36,189 bases of DNA from Anaerolineaceae bacterium (GCA_041655815.1 JBBAES010000001.1:1-36189); one strand, 5' to 3'; shown: positions 7,232-16,503, counted from the stretch's first letter. Program-made: numbers and translations. Notes: a model not told the origin generated them from the letters alone.

Positions 7232-9427
7232 ATGGATATCCAACAATTTCTCAGTAAGATACCTGAAGCCTATTCACGCGCTGATCTTGAGTTGATTGAA
7301 AAGGCTTACCGTTTTTCCGAGGAGGCCCACCAGGGACAAACTCGTGCCAACGGTCAGCCATACCATACGCATTGTGTCGGTGTTGCTAATATCCTGATTG
7401 AGATGAACGCTATTCCAGAAATTGTGGCCGCCGCGCTGTTGCACGACGTCCTGGTCGACACCCCCGTTTTAAATAAAACCCTCACAGATGAATTTGGCGA
7501 AACCATCGCCGGATTTGTTGAGGATGTTTCTCGAATTACCAGGCTGCCCTATCTCTCACGAGCTGACCAGCAACCTGACGAAAGAAAACCGCTGGCCGAA
7601 ACTCCGCTTGCTTCCAGCACGAAGATTGACGAAGACCTGGCGGAGACACTTCGGAAAATGCTGCTGGCGATTGGTGATGATGCCAGAATTGTCGTGATCA
7701 AGTTGGCAGATCGCCTTCACAACATGCGTACCCTGAGTGCCCTGCCCTCTGATCGTCAAAAAAAGATCGCTCAGGAGACCATGGATATCTATGCCCCGTT
7801 GGCAAACCGGCTTGGTATCTGGCAGATGAAATGGGAGCTCGAGGATTTAAGTTTTCGCTATACTCAACCGGAAAAATACAAAGAAATCGCAGAGAATCTG
7901 ACATTAAGACGTTCCAAAAGATCAGAGGAAGTCGTAAAAATTATTGAAAGTCTCCAGAGTCTGCTCCAAAAATCGGAAATAGAAGCAGAGATATCCGGCC
8001 GACCGAAGCATATATACTCGATCTACCGGAAAATGCAATCCAAAGAGAAAAATTTTGAAGGCATCCGCGACCTTCGGGCTGTCAGGGTCATTGTGGGCGA
8101 CGTCGAAACCTGCTACAAAGTCCTTGGCATCATCCATACCCACTACGCGCCGATTCCGGGCGAATTTGATGACTATATCGCTGCCAGAAAGCCTAATAAC
8201 TATCAGTCGTTACACACCGCTGTGATCTATACAGACGGGAAACCGCTGGAAGTACAGATTCGAACCACAGAAATGCACAATACCGCAGAGTATGGCGTTG
8301 CCGCACATTGGCTCTATAAAGAAGGCAAACGTCATCTCAGCGATAAATACGAAAAAAAAGTAAGCAGCTTGCGGACTTTGATCGCCTGGAGCAGAGAAGT
8401 CGAAGACAACCAGGAACTGATCGAGGGTATGCGCGGCGATATCTTCAAAGACCGTGTTTATGTGCTCACCCCCAAAGGCGATGTCATTGATCTCCCTCAA
8501 GGTTCAACACCGATAGATTTTGCTTACCTGGTCCACACCGACGTCGGTCACCGCTGCCGCGGCGCCAAAATCAACGGGAAACTGGTTACGCTTGACTACG
8601 TCTTGAAAACGGGTGACCAGGTTGAAATCCTCACCGTAAACCGTGGGGGACCCAGCCGGGATTGGCTCAACCCCAGTCTTGGAATGGTTCGCTCCAGTCG
8701 ATCTCGCTCGAAAATAAAACAATGGTTTAAACAGCAGGACCGCGGGCATAACCTTGAACACGGAAAAATCCTGGTCGAGAAAGAACTCAAACGGCTTGGG
8801 CTGGTCGATGTAGACCTCAATCTTGTTTTGAGTGCCTTTAACCTCAAAACCGTAGAGGATCTGTATGTCGGCATCGGTTATGGTGACATTCCGATTGGCA
8901 AATTAGTCAATCGCATCGGCGAATTAAAGGCTGATACTCTCAAATCGGATGTGCTGAAACCCGAAACGCCTGGGAAATATAAGTCTGATGATTCAATAAC
9001 AGTTATGGGGCTCGATCGCATAGCCCACAGTTTCGCGCGTTGCTGCAACCCAATGCAGGGTGATCCGATTATCGGCTACATCACCCGCGGTCGCGGTGTG
9101 ACGATTCACCGTATGGATTGCCCCAATGCTCTGCGGGTGACGGATACGGAACGGCTGATCAAAGTTGACTGGGGAAGCTCAGAACAAACCTATCCCGTGC
9201 CTCTTCAGATCACCGCATACGATCGACAGGGATTGATGGGCGATATTTCTGCTGTGTTATCTAGCGAACCCGTCCGATTAGTTGACCTTTCTCTGACAAC
9301 CCGCCAGCATGTTGTTAAAGTAAACCTGGTTTTGGAAGTTGCTGGGATTAACCAGCTCAGCCGCGTGCTGGCAAGGCTTGAAAACCTGGCAAATGTGATC
9401 GAAGCCACACGTGTAAACCCGGGCTAA
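7232..9427 (+). CDS. rel: Bifunctional (p)ppGpp synthetase/hydrolase (RelA/SpoT homologue)
   Basis: 731 aa. HD hydrolase domain (HTHCVGVA...LLHDVLVDT). Synthetase domain (RVIVGDVETCYKVLGIIHTHY...YQSLHTAV...EVQIRT). TGS domain (VYVLTPKGDVIDLPQGSTPIDFAY) and C-terminal ACT-like domain. Confidence 0.95.
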   Translation: MDIQQFLSKIPEAYSRADLELIEKAYRFSEEAHQGQTRANGQPYHTHCVGVANILIEMNAIPEIVAAALLHDVLVDTPVLNKTLTDEFGETIAGFVEDVSRITRLPYLSRADQQPDERKPLAETPLASSTKIDEDLAETLRKMLLAIGDDARIVVIKLADRLHNMRTLSALPSDRQKKIAQETMDIYAPLANRLGIWQMKWELEDLSFRYTQPEKYKEIAENLTLRRSKRSEEVVKIIESLQSLLQKSEIEAEISGRPKHIYSIYRKMQSKEKNFEGIRDLRAVRVIVGDVETCYKVLGIIHTHYAPIPGEFDDYIAARKPNNYQSLHTAVIYTDGKPLEVQIRTTEMHNTAEYGVAAHWLYKEGKRHLSDKYEKKVSSLRTLIAWSREVEDNQELIEGMRGDIFKDRVYVLTPKGDVIDLPQGSTPIDFAYLVHTDVGHRCRGAKINGKLVTLDYVLKTGDQVEILTVNRGGPSRDWLNPSLGMVRSSRSRSKIKQWFKQQDRGHNLEHGKILVEKELKRLGLVDVDLNLVLSAFNLKTVEDLYVGIGYGDIPIGKLVNRIGELKADTLKSDVLKPETPGKYKSDDSITVMGLDRIAHSFARCCNPMQGDPIIGYITRGRGVTIHRMDCPNALRVTDTERLIKVDWGSSEQTYPVPLQITAYDRQGLMGDISAVLSSEPVRLVDLSLTTRQHVVKVNLVLEVAGINQLSRVLARLENLANVIEATRVNPG

Positions 9428-9505
9428 AACAGCCTTTTGACTTTACGCTATACTCGGTCTAAGGTAAAATGCGAGCGAAATGAAAGTAGGTTATTGGAGA
9501 TAATC

Positions 9506-9751
9506 ATGACGAAAATTCGCTGTAAATACCTGGATTGTTTGTTTCTGGATGAGCGCTACTGCACCGCAGCTGCAATTGACCTCAATCCCGATGCCGGGTG
9601 CCTCACCTACCGCCCAATTGATGACGAAGAACCATCAGGTGACTGGGATGATGACGAAATCGAAATCTGGGACGAGGACGGCGAAGAGCCTGAAAGTCTC
9701 TGGGATGTTGAAGAAGAAGAAGACGCACTTGACGACGATGAGGATGAATAA
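9506..9751 (+). CDS. Small Cys-rich (DUF1540-like) protein with a poly-acidic C-terminal tail
   Basis: I prefer the ATG at 9506 (GGAG 8 nt upstream) over the track's TTG at 9437. MTKIRCKYLDCLFLDERYCTAAAIDLNPDAGCLTY resembles the DUF1540 C-x4-C...C-x-A-x2-I pattern. It is followed by about 45 residues that are mostly D/E. Confidence 0.6.
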   Translation: MTKIRCKYLDCLFLDERYCTAAAIDLNPDAGCLTYRPIDDEEPSGDWDDDEIEIWDEDGEEPESLWDVEEEEDALDDDEDE

Positions 9752-9792
9752 CTAACAGTCCTGGTCAGGTTTACCTATAGAAAGGATGAAAA

Positions 9793-10317
9793 ATGAGCGA
9801 ACTTAAGCCTCTGCACGTGATCAATGTTTTCATTGAACCCTGGTTCCGTGAAGAAATCATTGAAAACGTTTTGGCTGATTTTTCAGTATATACAACTGAA
9901 ACCCGAAAAGAATTGGCGGAAACCCTGAAAACTGAGGTTAAGGTCAGTGGTTTTAGAAATCCTCTAACTGCGCCAAAACGCCTGTTAGTGCGCGATTCTG
10001 AGAAGCTGTTTGAGAGTGATCCTCATTTTGTCAGGATCATTCTGAACGCCTGGATGCAATTGTTCCAGGCTCACAGCGAGACCTTCGAAAAAGTACTCAA
10101 GGTTTTGAAGTTCCAAATAACGGAAACAGCACCAACCTACAGTGACCCTGAAAACGCCTTCAACCAAGGCTGGCCTGAAGGAGTGGATTATCCGAAAGTA
10201 ATCGAAGCAATTCGTAATGAGAACGAAAACATCGGAATGACGGACGATCAGATCGTTCTTTACAGCATTTTGAAAACTGGATTCGTTCCAGGAGAGAAAG
10301 AAGAAGACAATGACTGA
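9793..10317 (+). CDS. Hypothetical 174-aa protein, no family recognised
   Basis: AAAGGA RBS. 8-nt overlap (ATGACTGA) with the downstream Asp23-family gene. No TM segments or motifs seen. Confidence 0.7.
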   Translation: MSELKPLHVINVFIEPWFREEIIENVLADFSVYTTETRKELAETLKTEVKVSGFRNPLTAPKRLLVRDSEKLFESDPHFVRIILNAWMQLFQAHSETFEKVLKVLKFQITETAPTYSDPENAFNQGWPEGVDYPKVIEAIRNENENIGMTDDQIVLYSILKTGFVPGEKEEDND

Positions 10318-10657
10318 AGCTTTGACTGGTGCCATAAAAGGCGGGCCAATCGGTAAGACCACGATCGCGCCATCAGTCTTGTCGACTATTGCTCAACTAA
10401 CCACCCTGGCTGTTCCTGGCGTCAGCCGTATGGCTGAAATCAAGCAATTATATTCACCTGATAACATGGGCATTAAGGTGGACATCAAGGATGATCTGAT
10501 CTACTTTGATATTTACATTATCATCAGCAGCCATCAAAATGCGCGCCTGGTTGCCCAGACGATTCAACGACGTGTCAATCGAGCCATCACCGAAATGGTT
10601 GGCATGGAAATTGCTAAGATCAATGTGCACATCACTGATGTGGATATTGAGGCTTAG
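10310..10657 (+). CDS. Asp23/Gls24-family (alkaline shock protein-like) protein
   Basis: GKTTIAPSVLSTIAQLTTLAVPGVSRM... is the typical Asp23 N-terminus. The position immediately upstream of nusB matches the conserved yqhY-nusB synteny. Confidence 0.85.
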   Translation: MTEALTGAIKGGPIGKTTIAPSVLSTIAQLTTLAVPGVSRMAEIKQLYSPDNMGIKVDIKDDLIYFDIYIIISSHQNARLVAQTIQRRVNRAITEMVGMEIAKINVHITDVDIEA

Positions 10658-10663
10658 GCAATT

Positions 10664-11101
10664 ATGAAATCACGTACACGGGCAAGAGTAGCCGCACTTC
10701 AAGCACTGTTCGAACTGGACTTAACCGATCACCAGATTGGAGAAGTCCTGGAAGCGAGATCTCTTGAGCACGATTTGGATGCGAACCAATTGGAATTTGC
10801 CCGCGTATTGATTACAGGTGTTCGCCAAAACACTCAAAGGCTGGATGAGCTGATCAGCGAACACGCCCCGGAGTGGCCGCTTGACCAGGTGGCCGTTGTC
10901 GATCGCAATATTTTGCGTATCGCCTTGTGGGAAGTTGCTTTTTACCAGCTGACTCCCCTGAAGGTCGGCATCAACGAAGCTGTTGAACTCGCGAAAATGT
11001 TTGGCACAGATTCTTCTCCCCGTTTTGTCAATGGCGTGCTGGGAAGCCTGGCTGAAAATTTGAACAGCATCATTCAATCGACCAAAGATATCGAGGCATG
11101 A
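10664..11101 (+). CDS. nusB: Transcription antitermination factor NusB
   Basis: 145 aa. RARVAALQALFELD...DRNILRIALWEV...INEAVELAKMFGTDSSPRFVNGVLGSL. Confidence 0.95.
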   Translation: MKSRTRARVAALQALFELDLTDHQIGEVLEARSLEHDLDANQLEFARVLITGVRQNTQRLDELISEHAPEWPLDQVAVVDRNILRIALWEVAFYQLTPLKVGINEAVELAKMFGTDSSPRFVNGVLGSLAENLNSIIQSTKDIEA

Positions 11102-13516
11102 GTGAGCCAGAAGGCTTCTTTCGTCCGAAATCTGAGTAGCCTGATAATTGCTGTTTGCTTGTTAGCTGGTTGTGCGCTGAGTTTTCAGACAAAAGAACCC
11201 CAAAAACTTATAGACAGGTCCAACTTGCCCTCAGATATTTCTGAGGTGAAGCTGGTTGAAGTCCAATTTATTGCTCATCCTTTTGAAAACTTTTCCGAAG
11301 AGGACCGGATCTCTCTGGATATTCTCGACCTGGTAACTGGTGTCAACTACAACCTGGAACGCTATCTGCTTAATATGACCACAGACGGACACAGTCTGAC
11401 CATCATGTTGCCCCAGGGCGCGGTGATCTCTTACCGATATACCCTCACCCATCCGATCGAGATGGGTGAGTTGTTGCCAGATAACCATCCGCTTGCCTTC
11501 CGTCAGCTGGTTGTCCGTGACAATCTGGTTATCAATGACACGATTGCTGGCTGGCCAGAGGTTCCATACAACGGCCCTCTGGTCGATCTCAACGGCGCGG
11601 TTGCCGATGACGAAACCGAAGCCCCCCTGGCGGATGTGTTCGTCAATGTTGCTGGCAAGACAGCAATGACTGATATGAACGGAAGGTTTTTAATCCGTGG
11701 GTTACCTGTTGGAAAACATAATTTGGTGGCAACTTTAAGCGACGGCAGTTATTTGGACTTCCAACAAGAAGTGAATATGGTCGAATACCTGGCGACTCTG
11801 GCAATCATCCGGATGACAGCCCTGCCAGAAGTGACCTTGACCTTTGTAATGACGCCGCCTAATCAGGCTGTTGGCGCGCCGGTACGGATTGCGGGTAATT
11901 TGCGCCAATTTGGACAAACTTTTTATGACATGCTCCAGGGCACTGGTACGCAGGCGGCCAACATGCAGTTAATGGCCCGCAACACTGAAGGCAGTTACGT
12001 TGCCCAGGTCAAACTTTTTGCCGGCAGTTTCCTGCGCTATCAGTACACTCTCGGCGACGCTCTGGTCAACAGCGAGCGCGACCTTGGCGGTAATAGACTT
12101 GTCCGCCAGTTCGTTGTTCCGAATAAGGATGTCGTCATTGATGATTCGGTCGCTACCTGGCGAGCCAGTCAACAAAACGGGATCTCCATATTTGCAACCT
12201 CCCCAGCTGGCACTTCTTCCGGCGAGCAACTCTATTTGCAGTTCAATCATGGATCCTGGAGTAACCCTATCCCGATGTGGCCGATGGAAAACAACGAGTG
12301 GATGCTGGTTTATTTCCCGCGAGCTTCCGGTCCAGACTCCGTGAGCTATCGTTATTGCAGAAACGCTGATTGCTCCCTGGGCCAGGAAAGTTATCCTGAT
12401 ACAACACCCAGAACCTTTATGCCTGGTGCGCTCACAGAAATCCGTGATGAAATTACTGGCTGGAGAATGTGGGACTCAGACGTACAAACCACCTCCAACT
12501 TAACCCCCATAAGTTTCGACGAAGAGGCATTGATTGGCGTCGAAGTCGATCCATTCTACGCCTCGAACCATCTCGACGCCTGGTATGGGCTGGCTGATAA
12601 CCTCAAAGCAAACGGCTTCAACTGGCTGATCCTGACCCCCACATGGAAAGTCAGCACAGACATAGATTTGCCTCTCATAGACAGTGACCCGGCTATCACC
12701 ATACCCTCAGCTGAACTAAACCGGATTGCAATGGCTGCCAGCCAGCAAGAATTGAAAGTGGCTGTATATCCACGGTTATGCTTTCCTACCGATGCCGGCT
12801 CATGGTTCCGGGACTCTCAAAAGAGTCAGATTTGGTGGCAGCAATGGTATGCAGATTATGAACGCATGGTGATGCACACAATCAAGCTGGCGACCATAAT
12901 CAAGGCGGATCAGATCATCCTGGGTGGACCAGACGTCTTCAGCACGTATCCCGGCGCGATCGAAACCGTTGCGGAAAATTTTGGCACACCGAAATCCAGC
13001 CAGGAAATTTGGACTGATCTGTTAACAAAAGTGGACGAATACTACCAGGGCCAGGTGCTTTTGGCTCTGGATCCAGGCTCCGAGCCAGTTGAAAGCTTCT
13101 CTTTTTATGAGCAAGCGCAGGGGTTCTACTTCCTCATCAATGCCGAACCTGGTCAAGCGGGAGCATACACCAGCGATTCAGCAGGCAGATATCTGGACAG
13201 CGTCTTGTTCAGTTTCCAGCAGAGCCAGCAGAAACCAGTCTATCTTGGGCTCAATGCAGCATCTTTTACAACCACCAACATCAGCGGGAGCGATAACGGA
13301 AGCGCCATTATCAGTGCGACCAATCCAACTTACAACAGCCACAATGTCGATCTGCAAGCCCAGACAGAGTTTTATTCCGCCTATTTGAACTCGATTTCAG
13401 CTAGGGGCTGGATATCTGGTGTGGCAACACGCGGCTTTTTCCCTGCTTTAGAAATGACAGATTTCTCCTCATCGATTTATGGGAAACCTGCCTATAAGTT
13501 ATTTCATAACCAATGA
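11102..13516 (+). CDS. Secreted lipoprotein with three CBM20-like beta-sandwich repeats, a CarboxypepD_reg-like segment and a C-terminal glycoside-hydrolase-like region (function uncertain)
   Basis: GTG start directly after the nusB TGA. Signal peptide with lipobox LLAGC (Cys24). Internal repeats end ..ISYRYTL..RQLVV..DTIAGW, ..LRYQYTL..RQFVV..DSVATW and ..VSYRYCR...DEITGW. GRFLIRGLPVGKHNLVATLSDGSY resembles a carboxypeptidase-regulatory-like fold. Confidence 0.7.
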   Translation: MSQKASFVRNLSSLIIAVCLLAGCALSFQTKEPQKLIDRSNLPSDISEVKLVEVQFIAHPFENFSEEDRISLDILDLVTGVNYNLERYLLNMTTDGHSLTIMLPQGAVISYRYTLTHPIEMGELLPDNHPLAFRQLVVRDNLVINDTIAGWPEVPYNGPLVDLNGAVADDETEAPLADVFVNVAGKTAMTDMNGRFLIRGLPVGKHNLVATLSDGSYLDFQQEVNMVEYLATLAIIRMTALPEVTLTFVMTPPNQAVGAPVRIAGNLRQFGQTFYDMLQGTGTQAANMQLMARNTEGSYVAQVKLFAGSFLRYQYTLGDALVNSERDLGGNRLVRQFVVPNKDVVIDDSVATWRASQQNGISIFATSPAGTSSGEQLYLQFNHGSWSNPIPMWPMENNEWMLVYFPRASGPDSVSYRYCRNADCSLGQESYPDTTPRTFMPGALTEIRDEITGWRMWDSDVQTTSNLTPISFDEEALIGVEVDPFYASNHLDAWYGLADNLKANGFNWLILTPTWKVSTDIDLPLIDSDPAITIPSAELNRIAMAASQQELKVAVYPRLCFPTDAGSWFRDSQKSQIWWQQWYADYERMVMHTIKLATIIKADQIILGGPDVFSTYPGAIETVAENFGTPKSSQEIWTDLLTKVDEYYQGQVLLALDPGSEPVESFSFYEQAQGFYFLINAEPGQAGAYTSDSAGRYLDSVLFSFQQSQQKPVYLGLNAASFTTTNISGSDNGSAIISATNPTYNSHNVDLQAQTEFYSAYLNSISARGWISGVATRGFFPALEMTDFSSSIYGKPAYKLFHNQ

Positions 13517-13538
13517 AAGGAGTATTAACGAATTAATC

Positions 13539-15131
13539 ATGAATCAAGTCAACGAAGTGCTGAGAACTGAATTAACCAAATTAGGCTTTGGTTCTGTCCA
13601 AAACGTCAAATACAATTTAAATGTCGCTGAACTGGTGACTGAATCGTTGAAAAGAGGTGAATCCATTCTGGCGGACACTGGAGCGTTAGCAGTAAACACC
13701 TCACCGTTTACAGGTCGCTCTCCTAACGACAAATATTTGGTCGAGAACGGTGATCCGGACCTCTGGTTTGCCTCAGGCACAGAACCGATGACCTCAGAAA
13801 CATTCACGAAACTTAAGCGGAAATTAATTGATTCACTGCAAGGCGAAACTCTCTATGTCCGCGACATGCTGGCCGGCGCAGACCCGGAACACTTTATCAA
13901 AATCCGGGTAGTTACCAATTATGCCTGGCAAAGCATTGCCGCTTCCAACATGTTTATCCGCAACAACACAGAACAGCCTCACATCGACCCGGACTTTACG
14001 CTCCTGGTCTCCTCCAAATTTGAAGGCGATCCGGTTGTGGACGGGCTGCGCTCCCCCGCGATGGTTGCGTTGAACTTCGACGAGAAACTGGTGCTGATTG
14101 GCAAGACCCTTTACGGTGGCGAAATTAAAAAATCAGTATTTACGGTCGTCAATTATGTCTTTCCGAAACAGGATGTTCTTTCTCTGCACTGTTCCGCCAA
14201 TATCGGCGAAGAAGGCGATGTTGCCTTGTTTTTTGGTCTTAGCGGCACAGGTAAAACTACCCTATCCTCTGATGAGTCGCGCGCATTGATCGGGGACGAT
14301 GAGCACGGCTGGAGTGAAAACGGGATCTTCAACTTTGAAGGCGGTTGCTACGCGAAAACTATCCGACTGAATCCAAAATACGAACCCCTGGTTTGGTCCG
14401 CGATCAATCGCTTTGGCACTTTGCTCGAAAACGTACCGTTAGATGACAAAAACCATCCTGACTTCGACGATAACAGCATCACTGAAAACACTCGCGCTTC
14501 CTACCCGCTGACTTTTATCAGCAACTACGCACCGGGTGGTGTTGGCGGACATCCCAAGAACATTTTCTTGCTTACCGCTGACGCTTTTGGGGTCCTCCCT
14601 CCTCTTGCAAGACTGACTAAAGAACAGGCGATGTACTATTTCTTGAGTGGTTACACATCCAAACTCGCCGGCACGGAACGGGGCTTAGGCGATAAACCCC
14701 AGGCCACCTTTTCCACGTGTTTCGGCGCGCCTTTCCTGCCCCTGAAACCTACCGTTTACGCAAAGATGCTGGCCGAGAGGCTGGAAGAACACGGAACACG
14801 CGTTTGGCTACTGAATACCGGCTGGTCTGGAGGCGGTTTTGGGGTTGGAGAACGCATTGCACTTCCATTGACCCGCGCAATGATCAGTGCTGTTTTGTCT
14901 GGACAACTGGACGGCTCGCCCACTCATATCCACCCTATCTTCAACATTGCTATTCCTGATAACGTCGCTGACGTTCCAAATGAAGTGCTCAACCCAGAAC
15001 TTTCCTGGGAAGACAGACAGCAATACGAGGATGAAGCTAAAGCGCTGGCTCAAAAATTTACCGAAAATTTTAAAAAATATGAGAACAACGTCGGACCGGA
15101 AGTTCCCGCCTCCGGGCCGATCTCAGCTTAA
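13539..15131 (+). CDS. pckA: Phosphoenolpyruvate carboxykinase (ATP)
   Basis: I prefer the ATG at 13539 (AAAGGAG upstream) over the track's 13479. Kinase motif GLSGTGKTTLS, IGDDEHGW, NTGWSGG. Confidence 0.93.
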   Translation: MNQVNEVLRTELTKLGFGSVQNVKYNLNVAELVTESLKRGESILADTGALAVNTSPFTGRSPNDKYLVENGDPDLWFASGTEPMTSETFTKLKRKLIDSLQGETLYVRDMLAGADPEHFIKIRVVTNYAWQSIAASNMFIRNNTEQPHIDPDFTLLVSSKFEGDPVVDGLRSPAMVALNFDEKLVLIGKTLYGGEIKKSVFTVVNYVFPKQDVLSLHCSANIGEEGDVALFFGLSGTGKTTLSSDESRALIGDDEHGWSENGIFNFEGGCYAKTIRLNPKYEPLVWSAINRFGTLLENVPLDDKNHPDFDDNSITENTRASYPLTFISNYAPGGVGGHPKNIFLLTADAFGVLPPLARLTKEQAMYYFLSGYTSKLAGTERGLGDKPQATFSTCFGAPFLPLKPTVYAKMLAERLEEHGTRVWLLNTGWSGGGFGVGERIALPLTRAMISAVLSGQLDGSPTHIHPIFNIAIPDNVADVPNEVLNPELSWEDRQQYEDEAKALAQKFTENFKKYENNVGPEVPASGPISA

Positions 15132-15152
15132 ACGACCATTTAGGAGGAATAA

Positions 15153-16451
15153 ATGGACAAATTCATCATTAACGGGGGGATGCCTCTTCGTGGAACTATG
15201 CAGCCGTCTGGAAATAAGAATGCTGCGCTTCCGATGATGGCAGCTTGTCTTTTGACTGACGAGCCGATAACGCTGCATAATATGCCAGATATCGAGGACA
15301 CCCGGACGATGGCGAAATTAATGCAGAGCCTGGGTGTAGAGATTACGAAAGATGCCTTGACTTCCACCTGGACGTTCAAAGCCAAAAATATCACACCTGG
15401 TGATCTCGACCCGGATCTTTGCCGTCAAATCCGGGCATCGATTCTGCTTGCTGGCCCGATGCTCGCACGTTTTGGTGTCCTGGAGTTACCTCCCCCTGGT
15501 GGTGATGTGATCGGACGCAGACGGGTTGACACCCACATTCTCGCCTTACAAAAACTCGGTGCTCAATTTAAGTATGAAGACTATTTCAAGTTCTCCACGC
15601 GAGGCCTGGTTGGCGCGGATATTCTGCTTGATGAAGCCAGTGTCACAGCCACAGAGAACACTATCATGGCAGCTGTGCTGGCAAAAGGAACGACTCATAT
15701 CCACAATGCGGCCTCCGAACCCCACATTCAGCAGCTCTGCCAATTGTTGAACAAAATGGGCGCCAGGATCGACAACATCGGCTCGAATGTATTGAGCATT
15801 GAAGGAGTTGAAAAACTGCATGGCACAGAATTCTCCATCGGGCCTGATTATCTGGAAGTGATTAGTTTTGTTGGCGCTACGGTTGTGACTGGTGGAGAAA
15901 TCCGGATTAAAAATGCCGGCATCGAGTACCTGCGGATGATCCAGCTGGTGTTGAAACGTCTCGGTGTTGAAATAATTTTCGAAGGGGATGATATCTTGAT
16001 CCCTTCTAACCAAAAATTAGTCATTGAGCCAGATCTGGGCAATGCCATTCCCGAAATCAGCGTGATGCCCTGGCCGGCTTTTCCGACCGATTTAATGAGT
16101 ATCGCCATCGTGATCGCCACTCAGGCAAAAGGCACGATCCTTTTTCACGATTGGATGTATCCCAGCCGCATGTTCTTTATCGACAAACTCGTCTCCATGG
16201 GCGCGCAAATTATTCTGTGTGACCCCCATCGCTGCATTGTCAATGGACCCACCCAACTCAACGCTGAAAAGCTTGATAGTCCGGATATACGAGCTGGTAT
16301 CGCCCTGGTTTTGGCTGCCCTTTCAGCTAAAGGCGAGTCGACTATACGCAACGTGGCACAAATTGACCGTGGCTACGAAAGAATCGAAGAAAAGTTGCAA
16401 TTGCTCGGTGCTGATATCGTTCGAAAACAAACCTTCACGAGTAAAGATTAG
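15153..16451 (+). CDS. murA: UDP-N-acetylglucosamine 1-carboxyvinyltransferase (Asp in place of the fosfomycin-target Cys)
   Basis: AGGAGG RBS. MDKFIINGGMPLRGTMQPSGNKNAALPMMAA... is the canonical MurA N-terminus. The active-site loop is PPGGDVIGRRRVDTH. Confidence 0.95.
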   Translation: MDKFIINGGMPLRGTMQPSGNKNAALPMMAACLLTDEPITLHNMPDIEDTRTMAKLMQSLGVEITKDALTSTWTFKAKNITPGDLDPDLCRQIRASILLAGPMLARFGVLELPPPGGDVIGRRRVDTHILALQKLGAQFKYEDYFKFSTRGLVGADILLDEASVTATENTIMAAVLAKGTTHIHNAASEPHIQQLCQLLNKMGARIDNIGSNVLSIEGVEKLHGTEFSIGPDYLEVISFVGATVVTGGEIRIKNAGIEYLRMIQLVLKRLGVEIIFEGDDILIPSNQKLVIEPDLGNAIPEISVMPWPAFPTDLMSIAIVIATQAKGTILFHDWMYPSRMFFIDKLVSMGAQIILCDPHRCIVNGPTQLNAEKLDSPDIRAGIALVLAALSAKGESTIRNVAQIDRGYERIEEKLQLLGADIVRKQTFTSKD

Positions 16452-16469
16452 AGAAAATCTATTGTAAGA

Positions 16470-16503
16470 AAATAGAGCCGCGAAGATACCGCGGCTCTAT
16501 TTA
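16470..16503. terminator. Bidirectional intrinsic terminator between convergent murA and trxA
   Basis: AAATAGAGCCGCG-aagatac-CGCGGCTCTATTT gives a perfect 11-13 bp stem. It is flanked by an A-run and a T-run, so a U-tract follows on both strands. Confidence 0.8.

Noticed and set aside
9437-9505. TTG-initiated N-terminal extension of the small acidic protein in the ORF track. The same issue applies at 13479 (pckA), 23187 (cinA), 24323 (mtaD-like), 26313 (glgA) and 31114 (ppgK).
   Set aside because: In each case an internal ATG with a proper SD gives the canonical family N-terminus. The extensions overlap the upstream gene or promoter.
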